Made by a program: the position numbers and the translations under genes. A DNA stretch of 64,000 nt, from assembly GCF_001194135.2 (NCBI RefSeq), contig NC_068998.1, positions 5,968,519-6,032,518 on the forward strand, written 5' to 3'. The stretch is from Octopus bimaculoides. Its lineage: Eukaryota. Below are positions 51,250-64,000 of this stretch, in pieces (within the stretch, counting starts at the first letter, position 1; the number at the start of each line of letters is the position of its first letter). A model generated the notes under the pieces. That model had not been told where the DNA came from. It searched no databases and worked only from the letters and a program-made list of their open reading frames with translations.

Positions 51250-51532
51250 TCATCATCATCATCATCCAGTGTTTTAAATCCGGGTTTTTCTCCCATTAAC
51301 GGTGGTGGCCAGATCTACGTCAATGCCATAGCAACCCCCTTTGCTATCATGAGGCTTTCTTGGACCTGGATTTTCTATGGGGAGCATGCTCTTGCTTACC
51401 CTACAACCTCAGTTTCTAGGCATGAGTGGTCCCAAGACTAAGGCCTCTGCCATGATTTCTGAGAAATGTGGTGGAAAACTAACTCAGGAAGGCAGGGATG
51501 CTACTCCCTGAGATCCCTTTCGGAGCCCCTCC
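51250..51532 (-). mobile_element. Unclassified (GAT)n-tailed short retroposon
   Basis: Plus strand begins with a (CAT)n tract followed by about 270 nt of GC-richer, CpG-retaining non-microsatellite sequence that ends at a CA repeat. The tail type matches the RTE-mobilised elements in the window. Confidence 0.45.
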
Positions 51533-51535
51533 CCT

Positions 51536-51584
<49 letters not shown>

Positions 51585-52744
51585 GCACTTATGGACACCT
51601 GCCCCTATGTGTAAAGAGTAATCCTTTTGTTGGCCATGAGTGTAAGAAACTTTCAGAATTAGGTTATCATTGGGAATCTCGGTCTGTAGCTAGAATTAGT
51701 TTTATATAATTTCTGTCATTATTTCTTATCAAAATTTTCGTCTTATTTTTTAGCAATACTTTTTACTGTAACAGTTCTTTTATAGTATGCCTCTCCATCT
51801 CCCTCCCCCCTATTGCTCCATTTTCGGCTGTTGATTTCCTTGTATGATGGGTACTTCTGATGATAGTTTTTAGTTTCAACATGAAAGGAAATTCCACTGA
51901 ATGCAGAATGTTGAAACACTGGAATGGATGTCTTGATGTGTGAACCATAATGTTTCTATTGAAAGACAGTACAGTTCATTGAGGAGCCTTGTTAAATAAA
52001 ATATTCCTCTTTTCCTGTTTTCAGTCAGATGTTTGTAGTAGTTCTTTCTCCACTTGACTTCCAGAAACTATTAGTCTGTCTGTTATATTTCGTGATTTTT
52101 TTTTGTTTTGTTTGGTTTTTCAATGAAAGTTAATCAAACTCATCCTTTTGGCATTGTAAATTTCTGTTTGTATGAATAATTGTAGCTCTTCATTTTCGCC
52201 AGCATTTTGTCATATGTATAAGTTCAAAACTTGGTTGAGATTAAGGTGAAATTTATCTTGGACTGTTATGGTTGGAGATTTCTTTTTCATTCTTTCTCTC
52301 TTTTTCTCCTCAGAAATCTGTGTCATAATTTTGGATTTAATTGAAAAGCCTGGTGTTTTACCATATTAGGGTGATTCTGCAAGGTTTAATTTTTTTTTTT
52401 TTACATTTAGGGTTATACAAATCATAAGTACAATTACATAACACAGCATAATGATATCTCCTCCATGTCCATTACTCCATGTCCTATTTCCTTCATTAAA
52501 GGATTTCTTTGTACTTGTTTTATCGCCCATGTGGCACTGTTTTTAAAAAAAATATTTTTATTTAGGTCATAAGTGTGCTCGCTTTAGGAAAGCTAATTAC
52601 ATATTTGAATTCTGTTGTAGTTAATTTGATTTTTTTTTTTATGATGTAAAGATTGAGAGAATGGAAAAGGAAAAAAAAATAATGTTCAAGCCACTTCATA
52701 AGAATTACATTTAAGAATTGGTTGAGGGTGTCATTGGAACAGAA

Positions 52745-53115
52745 GTGTTTTATCGATATGTGGGTGTATGTGTAGATGTGTGTATACAAATATTGTATAC
52801 ATTGTATGTGAACATGCATGTGTGTGTGTATATGCGTATATACGTGTGTATGTATATGTGTGTCTATATATTGTCTATATACGTGTGTCTACATATTGTA
52901 TAATTGTGTATATACATATTGTATGTGTGTATATGTGTGTGTTTAAATATTGTTTATTTACACGTGTACATATTGTATATTAGTGTGTGTGTGTGTGTGT
53001 GTATATGTTGTGCATATATGTGTCTTTGTATGTAAACCTGTTTATGTGTGTATATATTGTGTGTATATGTGTTTGTGTACATAAACATGTTTATATCTAA
53101 GATTGTATGTGGTGT
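52745..53115. repeat. Long degenerate (TG/TA)n low-complexity tract
   Basis: Directly visible tgtgta/tatatg mosaic. Confidence 0.9.
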
Positions 53116-53768
53116 GTTAATAACTGTATGCAGATATGTTTATGGTGGGGGGGTGGGCAAAGTTTCAACTTATCTCAGCTCAAGCACTTGCAGCACTTTA
53201 TGGTGTCTGTAGCCCCTTACTGTCTCCCATATATAAAATCTTTCATGTAGAAGCCAACACATCTGTAACACAATTGTAACTTTAGATTGCAGTGAAGTCC
53301 ATGCTTACTTTCATACTTGAAATAGTTTCCCCTTTTCACTGAAGACCATGTGAGACTGCACACCATATCCAGGAATATGGAGGTATCAGTTGTATCTGAC
53401 ATGTTCATTCATAGAAATTAAGGATCACATATGTGTTATCACACATGGTTCACAGGAATATTTACATGAATTTTAACACTCCAGAATTATGATAGAACAA
53501 AGAAAATACAACTTTTATCATTGATATGAAAGCATACGTTTGGCTGGTCCCAGTTTGACGAAAGATAATCATAATGCCAAATTCAGTGACAAAAGAACTG
53601 AAGAGTACCTGTTGGATAATGTTGACCCTCCTTCAGCACGTGTAACTATTCAGACCCTCTCTTACTTCAAAGTCACTTAACAAACTAGGTTCAGTAATTT
53701 CTTTTCATTTTGGTAATGGCTTTAAAAATCCATTGGTTAAGGTTGCAAACTAAGATTCCAGAATGCTT

Positions 53769-53822
53769 GCATTTGCCCACCTGTAAAATGCAGCATTTGC
53801 CCACCTGTAAAATGCAGCATTT
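53769..53822. repeat. Perfect 24-bp tandem duplication
   Basis: gcatttgcccacctgtaaaatgca x2, then gcattt. Confidence 0.95.
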
Positions 53823-55379
53823 TTAGTCTGTGACCAGCTGGTAGAGTGTGTGAATGCCTATGATAATTAGTACGATTAATTACAATTACGATAAAATGTT
53901 TTGAGAAACTGGGGGTTTTTTTTTCTTTACACAGAATACAGTTTTCTTCTCATTCTTCTACAATCTCAATTAGTTTGTCTTTCATGCAAATAGGTTTACC
54001 ACTGTGGGTTCAGTTTCAATAGTTCTTTAAAGTGGACTGAACTATCGAGATGAGAAATACCTCAAAATGTCGTTTATTTTGACATCCAGTACAGTTGTGT
54101 TCACAAAATTCACCGAACAATATACATGCTGGTAATCAGCTGTTTTTGTATCTCACCTTTAGTCTTATGTTCCATGGTACCCTCGTTTCATGCGATCCCT
54201 CTGGATCCAGCAATTCTAAGGCTCAGACTAGTTTTAGAACTTCAAATCTAATTTGTTCTCTACTCTTGGTACAAATTCATAATTCCAATTGGCAAAATAG
54301 CTTCTGTCTAAACTATTTGTGAAATAAAAATGTAGAGTTTCTCAGTGACAACTTTATTTCCCCGTGGCCCACAATCTTTCACTAGAGCACGTCTTTAAGC
54401 ATCTTATCTTCATTGCAGTATTCTCATAAACTACTTTACTATTGTCCATGGTGGATCTCTCTCTACCTGGGAAAACTAGTATTATCTAATTCACTGTTAC
54501 CCCAGGCTGAATGCTTTGCTATTACCTACAAGATACTAAATGTTCATATACTTACTTAAGCCTTTTGGAGCATAGGCCATTGATGCTTTTGAAACTTTTT
54601 TTGTTTTTTTTAAATTCATTTTCTGGGTAGTAGTCTGGCTATGCAAATGCAATTTTACCTCTCGGTCAAGACAGTTCACATTAGTTTGGAATGTCCAACA
54701 TGGGAGGTCTTACAAGATCTTGCACTATTTTGGCATATGTCTTAGGGTCAGTGGGGCCCACTAGCTTCCATGCCACTACGAGGACCAGACTTTGTGGTTG
54801 ATGTATTCATCTGAATAATTAATGAGGTTCTTGCCCCATATTGTCATTCATCTGAACACATTTGTTAGTATGGAGTATGTGTACACAGCTCTTCTGTGTA
54901 TATGTTCTAATGTTATATTGTAACTGTTGTATTATTATTGTGTGTGTGTGTATGTATATATACACATACATACATGCTGTTGTGTATCAACTACTGTATG
55001 TCGTCTCATCTGATGTCTATTGACTGTTGTTGTTGTAGTTTCTGTTACAACTTTGCAATGTACCTTTGTTGTATAGTGACAACAATCTGAACTGCATAGA
55101 TATGGCATATTCAAATGATAGGTATTTTTTTTTTCCTTTTGGTTCTTCTTTCTGGCTCTATTACAGACTTTGTGATTGACAGCTTCCTCATCATTTCACT
55201 TTCGTATCCTCCCTATCAATTGGTTTATTGACTTAATGATTTTTTCTAAGGTCTCAAACAAATTCTTTTCAGCAGCATTTTTATTCACCACCCTTCTTCA
55301 TATATATGTATATATATGTATGTATCACAGTATTGACCAGACTAATGGATGTTATACATCGCTGGTCACAATGCGTTTT

Positions 55380-55615
55380 GCATTGTTTTAGTTTCTGAAT
55401 GATGTCACCTCGCTGGGTAGGCAAGTAGGCCAATATTTCCCTTGATCTGAAGGATATTTCATTGCAGGACTACCTGTTTACACCTGAGTGCCCTGGAGTA
55501 ATGTGAAGTGAAGTGTTGTGCTCAAGAACATAATGCACCCCCTAGTCTGGGAATCGAACCCATAATCTGTCGATCATAAGTACAACACCCTAACCACCAG
55601 GCCACGTACCTTCAC
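55380..55615 (-). mobile_element. tRNA-derived SINE, 5' part on the minus strand
   Basis: Reverse complement reads gtgaaggtacgtggcctggtggttagggtg...gggttcgattccc (A and B boxes), then cttgagcacaacacttcacttcac. Confidence 0.7.
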
Positions 55616-56390
55616 CACATCTATAAAACCTTGATTGTTCCTAACTGGTAATTATTGGAGATTAGGTACACACAAAAGTATTGAGAATTGTTTTACAGGT
55701 TGGAATCTGGTTTTTCTGAAACTGAATATGGTTTTAGTATCCCAGTCCATGGACATGTGTGAGAACTTCTCAAGAGTTGGAAAATATTTTAACTATTATT
55801 GTTGTTATTGTTAGGTTAACACGTCCCCAGTTCAGTGATGCAGATTTCCTGTTTGAAGTGGTTTAAATTGAAATCTTTGATCAAAATTCATCAGCACTAA
55901 ATTAGTAATTTTCAAAAGAAATTGAAACGAAAGTGGTGTATTTCAGTAGAAACTTAGTAACAAAAAGGGTTAAAATGCGTGTCCATGTGAGTATATAAGC
56001 TGAGGAAACAAAAAACTGTGACGTAAAAATTAGTTCTTAAAATTCATGTGCAGAGAAAGGGAAAATCGTCTTCAATTATCAGCACTTCATTTGAAGGTGT
56101 TTGCTTATCATTTTGAGATCAGAATTTGCATAAATTTATTATTTTTCAAATCACAGTGGGGGAGTATGGGTGAGGTTTAAATCATTGCCTTCTACTTTTA
56201 TCTACTTGCTATATTTACGTTTGTGTATTTAAGATAATAAATTCCTTCTTCTCATTAACATGTTGGGTGGTGCATAAGAGGTGTGGTTATTTAGTTTTTA
56301 GGTGTTTACTGTTTTACGGTTGGAAGCAGTGGTAGATAGTTAGCTTCTATCTCAAAGTAATTTCAGCAAAGTAAATATTAAATATTGGAA

Positions 56391-56426
<36 letters not shown>

Positions 56427-56448
56427 ATGGATGTGTAATGTAAGTGTA

Positions 56449-56957
56449 CATGTTCGACAGTGCTGGTGCTTTGAGAGAGGGAAATTAGGCATAAGAAGAA
56501 TTAGTTGCTGTGTGTAAGAGAAGACTGCAGTGGTGTGGTCATGTGATGTGGATGGATGCTGAAAGCTCCATAAAGTGCCAATCTCTCAAAGTAGATGAAA
56601 CACATGGAAGTAAGAGACCCAGGAAGACAACGAAGTGATGAAGAATGCTGGACACTGAACCTTTCGGGCAAGATGACAAAGGACTGAGATGCCTGGCACT
56701 TTGCTGTACTCAAGAAGACCTGTAATCCACAGCAGAAGTGTTAAGACCGGACCTCCTGGTTGGGGGATTGACCTGCAAGAGTCCTGGGCCGGTGCCACAT
56801 TACAAGCACTTGTGACAGTGTCATGTATAAGCACTTGTGGTAGTGCCATATAAAAACGCCCATGTGGCGCTACATAAAAGCACCCAGCACACTTTGTAAA
56901 GTGGTTGGCATTAGGAAGGTCATTCAGTTGTAGAAACCATGCCAAATCAGACTGGAG
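56449..56957 (+). mobile_element. 5'-truncated RTE-clade LINE: ORF2 C-terminus plus 3'UTR
   Basis: KRRLQWCGHVMWMD...KRPRKT from 56516 matches the RTE RRLRW.GHV.R...GRPRKTW motif. It is followed by degenerate tandem repeats (56790-56890) and the tail motif aggaagg.cat.cag.tgtagaaa. Confidence 0.8.
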
Positions 56958-57040
56958 TTAATCTTGGTTCAAGATAAGAGAAATGGGAGCATTTGGTGCT
57001 ACATGACTTCTGTTTTATTGTTACACCTTTATCTTTGCTG

Positions 57041-57072
<32 letters not shown>

Positions 57073-57378
57073 AGCTTTAATCAAGAACTAATTTGACAGA
57101 AATATGCGTGAACAGTTATGACACACATTGCATAACATTGAAAGTACTTTTTCACTATATTCTTTTAGGTTATTGATTTTTCTTAGTTTTTGGAGGTTAT
57201 TTTCTATAGTTTGGCCCAGTTGTCGAGTCAAAGAATGTTTTCTTTTAAAGTGGAGTATATTATTTCCATCAGAATATGACTTGACATTAAATCAGAATGT
57301 GAGTGTATGTATGTATATATATATATATATATATACAAGTGTATATATATATATACAAGTGTATATATATGTGACATA

Positions 57379-57712
57379 AGTGCAGTGTGACTGAATAGTT
57401 ATGAAGTTTGCTTCACGACCTCAATATTCTGGTTTTAATCCTACTTCATGGCATTTTCTATACCCATGGGTTGACCCCATGCCTTGTGAGTGTAAGTGGA
57501 TATATGGAAATTGTATGGAAGCCTGTCGGATGAATTGTTTCTGTATGTAATTCAAATGGACAGCTTTGTCATACACTGTGTTGTGCTCATTTTGTCTGAG
57601 AATTACTTCATGGGTGAGCATACCTGTGGAATGCTCAGTCACTACACACTACTCTGGTGAGCAGGTAATTCAGTTGATATAGCAATTGAATATATACCCT
57701 TGAAACTGATGG
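57379..57712 (+). mobile_element. Decayed SINE with 9637-type head and body and the 15453-type 3' half
   Basis: The 5' part resembles 9637-9790 (gccttgtgagt...tgga). The 3' part (tgtaattcaaatggacagctttgtcatacactgtg...ctgtggaatgctcagtcact) aligns with 15653-15790. Confidence 0.6.
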
Positions 57713-58367
57713 GAAGGTACACCCCATATAATGGAAATTATATAACTGAACCCAGCTATATTGAAATTTCTAGATTTTGCTGGACCGCACTTTATTTCTT
57801 GTCTCTGATAGGTCAGTCTCAATTTTACTTTTAATAAAGGCTAAATAGACATTGGTACATTGGTTGTCGTATCTTGATAGGGTCATTTTGTCAATAAGAA
57901 ACACATGCACTGTTTCTAGTTCACTTTTTTATACTTTTATTAGTTAGCTAATTAACCAGTTTGTTTGATTAATCATTTGCTCAGTTGATCAATCAATCAG
58001 CTGGCCCATTCTCAACCTCTTCAAGGACATGTCTGCATTACTCTTAAACTTGTGTGTGTGTCTTATTGGCAAAATAACCCACCTAAGATACATGTATTGA
58101 CCCTTGATTTTTGTATCTAGAATCTTCCAAAACAAATAGAAAAATGATATAAATATTAATATACTTTCTTATATAGAACATATATTCACACCTACATAAA
58201 CTTATGTAAAATTTATATATACTAATGCAAATCAAATTGTTAATGGCATGTTAGTTTTTTTTTTATGTTATTATGTTAATTTTTTTGATAATGTTCTGTT
58301 TTGATCTAGGCTCTCTTTATGTGTATGGTTGTTGTGTTGCATTTTCCATGAAACTTTACATGTGATG

Positions 58368-58456
<89 letters not shown>

Positions 58457-58917
58457 GACATATGTATGTCTATTTATTTACTAATATATATCTCTAATGC
58501 CCTCCTAATGACTAGTGAAAGAATCTGCTAGTATTACATTTTTGTCTGAACTCTTGCTTCTGTATTCCATGTTTCAGCCAGTAGCTTGCCTCCTCTCTCA
58601 GAGGCTATATTAAACTCACTAATGATATAGCTGCAGTATATAACCTGAGAAAAAAAAAGAAACAGAAACTAAATGTCTCTAGACTAAAATAGCAGCATGT
58701 TGTTTCATTCAGTTATCAACTATTTTGTTACATTGTTTTATTTATTAATTGTATGTTTCTTTTTTTTTTTTTGGAAGATTTTGTCCTTTTTTTTTTTAAT
58801 GAATATTTATGATTATTGTGGTTACTTATGACTATGTTGTACTAAAGTATTAGTTTATTAAACTCTTATGTATTTCATCATCATCATCATCATCATTATT
58901 ATTATTACTGTTATCGC

Positions 58918-59156
58918 ACTGGGCAAAATGTTTAGCGGCATTTCTTCCGGCTCTTTACATTCTGACTTGAATGCCAAGGTTGACTTTGTCTTTCAGCCTT
59001 TCAAGATCAACATATATCAGTTTGAACACTGGGGTCATTTGTCTTTCATCTTTTTGCAATCAATAAAGTAGGTACCATTTGAACATTGGGATCAAAGTAA
59101 TCAACGTACGTCATCTTTAAAATTGATGGCCGTGTGCCAGAATTTGAAACCTTATT
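58918..59156 (+). mobile_element. Short SINE, same family, with an internal duplication
   Basis: gggcaaaatgtttagcggcatttc...; the segment tgtctttca...gaaca.tggg occurs twice; ends gccgtgtgccagaatttgaaac. Confidence 0.65.
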
Positions 59157-59527
59157 TTGCATTATTAGAAATCATTACATATCTCATCCTTCCATTTTTG
59201 ACTATGTATTTCAAATTATTTCAACTTGTGTGCGAGAAAAAAAATTTTCTATTCCCTCACCCACTTTCTTTTTTATCTATTATTTCTGACAATTCATCTC
59301 CTTTATATAACATAAATCCCTTTCAAATCTGGTCCCTACTAATTGCATAAGAACCCTTTCGTCTACAGTCCATCATGTCTTAATTCTTCTAATTAAATTT
59401 CCATCTTGAAGACATTGTAAGAAATAGAGTTCATAATGATAGCAAACGAAAGGAAGTATTACATAAGATGCTGAACAAAACTAAAACGAATATCGTTAAA
59501 AATAATTGTATGTAATTAAAAAAAAGA

Positions 59528-59595
<68 letters not shown>

Positions 59596-60984
59596 CTTTA
59601 TGGTCACAAAAATAAATTCCTTAAGTTCTTGTTGCACCAGCTCCACAAACTGATTTAAATCTGCTGTTGGAACCCCCCCTTTTTTTTTTTTGCCCCCTCT
59701 TGCATTTGCATGCATGTCCTAGAGAAAGGCTTGAATGTTGCAAACATCCACTACCCCTGTATCTGCTACAAATCCAGGCCTTGCCTGGTTCCAACTGGGA
59801 GTTAAAACTGGTTTGTGGATTCAATGTGCAAGGAATGTAACTGTTGAATCAAACAAGAATGCCTTTTTAGCAGTATTAACAACAGTAATGTAGTTGTAGT
59901 CATAGCAATAATAATGATGATGATGACTTATTTTATATGCCTTGATGACAAAAGATGATAATGATGATAATTTGTTACATGTAATTGATCATCAACTTTA
60001 TAGGCAAACAGAAGTTACCAAATGCTTTTTTTTTCTTTTTTAAGTGGCTTTTTTTAAAATGTTAGATAATTGTTATAATTCTCTTGGTTCTGAAGGAACT
60101 TTGTCTTTAATCATGTTGTTGTTTTCTGTGATGGTATTCTTATTCTTCTAACGTTACTTTCAATTGTGTTTTACTGTTTAACTGATAGATTGTCTGTAAA
60201 GAATTTCAACAATAGTTTAGACCCTGTAAGGAAGAAAATATACTTTCGTGTTTTGTCAAGAAAATCAAGCTTTTACATTTCTAAATTTCATTCCGGTTAT
60301 GCAATGACAATGGACAGTAGAGGCCAGCTAAAAGTGTAATGCAGTACAGGCTAGTCAACTTGGTAGTAGTTCAAAGTAAGGTTGACCCCTGTCCAACAGG
60401 TGAAATGACTATGGATCATGTTATACGGGATGGTGCTTTATTACAAACCTATGTTGATGTGTAAAATTGGATGGTAAAATTATGATGGTGATATTTCTTC
60501 CAATACTACATAAAGCCAACTGAATCCTTGCAAATTTCCACAAATACTAGTCAACTTAGGCTATCTTCTATGTTGTTGCTTGAACTGCTAGAAATAGCTA
60601 CCAAATTTCTATAGGTCACAACCTACTATCTTAAAAGAAAGAATACTCTGGATAATGTAATCTGAGGTATACTATGCCTAAATAAAATGTGGATTGATCA
60701 CACTACAACACCCAAGTAAAATGAGAGCAAGACTTCAGTGTGTGCCCTGGGCCTGGAACAGCTCTCATGCAGGGAATGTATTGATTATTTCGGCACGAGC
60801 CCTATAACTTAACCGTCAGACCATTTAAACACTTAACAAGCAATGCAGAACAACAGTTCATTATAATGAATGTAACTGTGTTTGACCAATGTATTTTTTT
60901 TGCAAGCTTATGGAATAGTTGTTCAGTATTTATTCTCTCTTTCTCATGATATTCAAGTTGATTAAGGGAGCAGAAACTCTAGAA

Positions 60985-61142
60985 CAGTGATGGGCAGCCC
61001 GAGGCCCAAGGGACTTTCTAAATGACATGCTTAATATAAAAAAAAAAAGAAAAAACCTTAAAATTTTTTTAGTAGTGTGGCCCACCTAATGATGAACCAT
61101 GTCTCATTCAGCCCTCTCCTTGAAAATGGTAAACCATACCTA
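60985..61142. mobile_element. hAT (Charlie-type) MITE
   Basis: Left end cagtgatgggcagcc, right end ggtaaaccataccta; 8-bp flanks ctctagaa / ctcttcaa (6/8). The left flank matches the NTCTAGAN Charlie target. Confidence 0.6.
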
Positions 61143-63444
61143 CTCTTCAATAATGAAATTTCTTACTGTTAGAATCATCTTCGGTTTTTTTTTTATTCAC
61201 TTATACTCACTAATGTATTACTCCTTGCTTAGTCTTTGGCAATCCTTTAACTTGCACAATGTATCATTCAAGCATTCTCCCTTTGCCTTTAAACTGAGAA
61301 CTTACTAATTCAAGCCCTAAATTGTAGGTTAACACATCTAAGGTAGGATTGCCCCCACTGGGACACTAAGTTCCTCCTTCCAACTTGCCATACTGTCTAC
61401 ATATCAAGATTGTGTCGGTGCTTTTATTTAACTATTAAAATCTTGCAGTGCTTTCTCTACGTAAATCTCCCAATCTTGTTAGAAACTGGAGATTTTAATG
61501 AAGACTACTCAACAATAACATGTTACTGCTATCTTTAGGCTATAATATACATATGAAATAATAGCTTTCCTTTCAAAAGCATCTCTGTTTATGTGTTGTG
61601 TCTTTATAATAATAATAATAATCTCATCTCTCCATTAGGAATTGGATAACTTTTACTCTAGATCACAGGAAAATTGGTTTATTTTATCACCCTCTCCTTT
61701 CCTCCTACCAATCGTAATTTAACGTGTTTCTTATTCTTACCTTCACATACCATCTTCAAAATTAAAAAAAAAACAAAAGAAAAAAAAAAACTTTTATCCT
61801 GTTAATTATATTCTATTAATTACTATTTATTTTACAGGAAGACTTGTCTCTGTTTTTGTATTGCTTTTTTTCTGTCTCATTTTCATTCTCTCAACCTTTC
61901 TACTCTCTCTCTTTTGTTTACTTGGTGCCAATTATTGTTGGCATCAAAGGTTGAGTTTTGTACATCCAGAGAAAAATGCTTATCTGGTGATATTCATGCT
62001 TTATCAAAGGATGTTTTTCATATAAGTGAAAGCAGTTTTACTGTTGTAATTGTTAAATGAAATTGGATTGTGAGCTTGGCTTGATAAAATGGTATGTAAC
62101 CATTTTACTAAACAAAACAGACTTTAGATGCACATAAGATGGTTAGCTCAATGGTTAGGTATGATCCACAGATCCAGATATGCCCTGCAAAGATGTGTAA
62201 TTGATTAAATAGCTAGCAGTATATTTATTAGTGTTGTTTACTTTATGGAGTTCAGAGAGATTACAAGGCTACCTTAACCCTTTTGATACAAAACTGCCAA
62301 CAAAGCACAGGTTAGGAGAGAGACTGGTATAACATTACCTTCAGTAAACCAGAGACTTCGTTAGTATCAATTTTAAAATATTTCTATTGGGAATTATGGA
62401 AAATAAGAGGAGAGAGAGAGAGCATGAAAGAATAAGTTTAATCCTTAAATCATTTTATGAATAACAATTAAACAAAAATCATTTAAATGAACAAAAATGG
62501 ATTAAAATTCCAGCAAATGGATTTTCTTTTTTTTTTAATCTTTATTCTGTGACCTTGTTGTGAAATCAAGTATATGTGAAGATATCAATTTAGGTTTTCA
62601 ATAACTCAGCTGTGGCATGGATTGTACTTTTGAAATTTGGACTAAAGAATTGTAGTCTTTTTATAGCAGGGATTTTAGAACTGATTTGGATAATTAAGTA
62701 GACTGATTATAGTTAATGCATAGTATTTGATAAACTAGCATTAAGCTAAGATCATTCCACAGTTAGACACCTAAACCGAATTCAAGCCCACATGAGGACA
62801 TGTGGATTTTGCCGCCTTGCTGGATTGTGTAGTGTGATGTGTTGAGCTGGTAGGGTTTGGAAAGCTAAATGTCATGTGACTGGCAGTTTTTAATTATTTA
62901 TACAAATGTAGGGGGGCAGGCAGGCAGGCTTTTAGTTGTACATGTGTCACATACGTAGTCATATATATATATACATCCAGATAGATTCTTATGCATAAAT
63001 TTTATTATGCTTTTTGCTATCCATCACAAACCACAATGATGACAACAAGAACAACTAGATCTAAAACATAAACAATTGACTGGGCATTGTGAAGCCTTCG
63101 GTGATGCTCTTCATTCAGACAGGAGTTTCGTTTGGTTCCTTCTCCATCCACTTTTGATCAGACAATTGCAACAAGACGGACGAGATTTTTTTTTTTTTTT
63201 TTTTTTTTTTAACAATATCTTACATGGAGAAAATGTTCTTGTTTTTATTTATGTATTTGTGTAGTTCTGTATTTCTAGCTTTGATTTATGTCATTTATGT
63301 TCCTGCTTCTTACGAGCATATCTAATTTGATCAGTATCTTAGAAGTTATGAATTATTCAAGGGCAGATTGTAATATTATTCCATCATTGGAATTGCTTAT
63401 CTGTCTGTCTGCAATATTCAGTTCCAACTTGATAAATTGTCTTT

Positions 63445-63462
63445 CTATTATCATCATCACTG

Positions 63463-63508
<46 letters not shown>

Positions 63509-63575
63509 CATCATTATTATCATCATTGTCATTATTATTATTATTATCATCATTGTCATTATTATTATTATTACT
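63445..63575. repeat. (ATT)n/(ATC)n trinucleotide microsatellite
   Basis: Directly visible; source of the poly-I, poly-N and poly-Y ORFs. Confidence 0.95.
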
Positions 63576-64000
63576 TCCTGTCTTCCATTTTTTCTTTCTT
63601 CTCAAACCAATCCTCTTTTCTCATGTATTGTTAGATCGTAAGCAATCCTTGCTTGTTCTTTGTGTATGTGATTCATTAATCATGGTCAGACCTTTGCATC
63701 GGCATAGCTGATCAGCTTAGTTACATTCGTTGTTTCTACCCAGTTTATTTGCTACTAGAGAGTAGCAATGGTAAAATAAGCCCCACTCATGTACTCGATT
63801 GGAATCGGTACTCAGCATCCCTGCAATCAATCAATCTCTAACTACATAACTTAAGTTGAAAGGCTTTCTCTGTGCCCACTCCAACTGCTAAAAATAGCAG
63901 CTATATCTCCCTCCTATCATACAGCATCATCTTAGAAATATGGTAATTACACATTAGATAATATAGACCTTGTACAAAGAGATGGGATGGTCAAGGCTGG

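Noticed and set aside
59431-59880. Minus-strand ORF with a coil-like segment ADLNQFVELVQQELKEF in a GC-richer island
   Set aside because: It is embedded between poly-T and CA repeats, with no recognisable domain or splice frame.
63075-63185. Small CpG cluster with a short ORF
   Set aside because: No WAVE-like frame, no splice pair, and too short to interpret.

Overview
AT-rich, microsatellite- and SINE-dense animal genomic DNA with four assembly gaps. The SINE families point to a coleoid cephalopod, probably Octopus; this is an inference, not a database match. The only well-supported protein-coding feature is the first coding exon of a WAVE/SCAR (WASF) gene on the + strand (exon 29406-29688, ATG 29421, phase-1 donor), which encodes the N-terminal 89 aa of the WAVE homology domain. 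I could not find the next WAVE exon (expected VSLQDI...) in the remaining 34 kb, so the rest of the window is probably very long intron or upstream sequence. It contains tRNA-derived SINEs, RTE and CR1-like LINE ends, mariner and Merlin transposase relics, and hAT and TTAA-type MITEs. Nearly all other ORFs in the track come from microsatellites, N-runs or decayed repeats. I see no prokaryote-style novel system. The best leads are: (1) a candidate 75-nt, frame-preserving, phase-1 exon at 49833-49907 with its own ATG, which would insert into or replace the WAVE N-terminus; (2) a CpG-decayed Penelope-type hammerhead ribozyme motif about 185 nt upstream of the WAVE splice acceptor; (3) a Merlin (IS1016-like) transposase relic; (4) an inverted pair of RTE tails forming an ADAR-type hairpin. 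All are hypotheses from manual reading.
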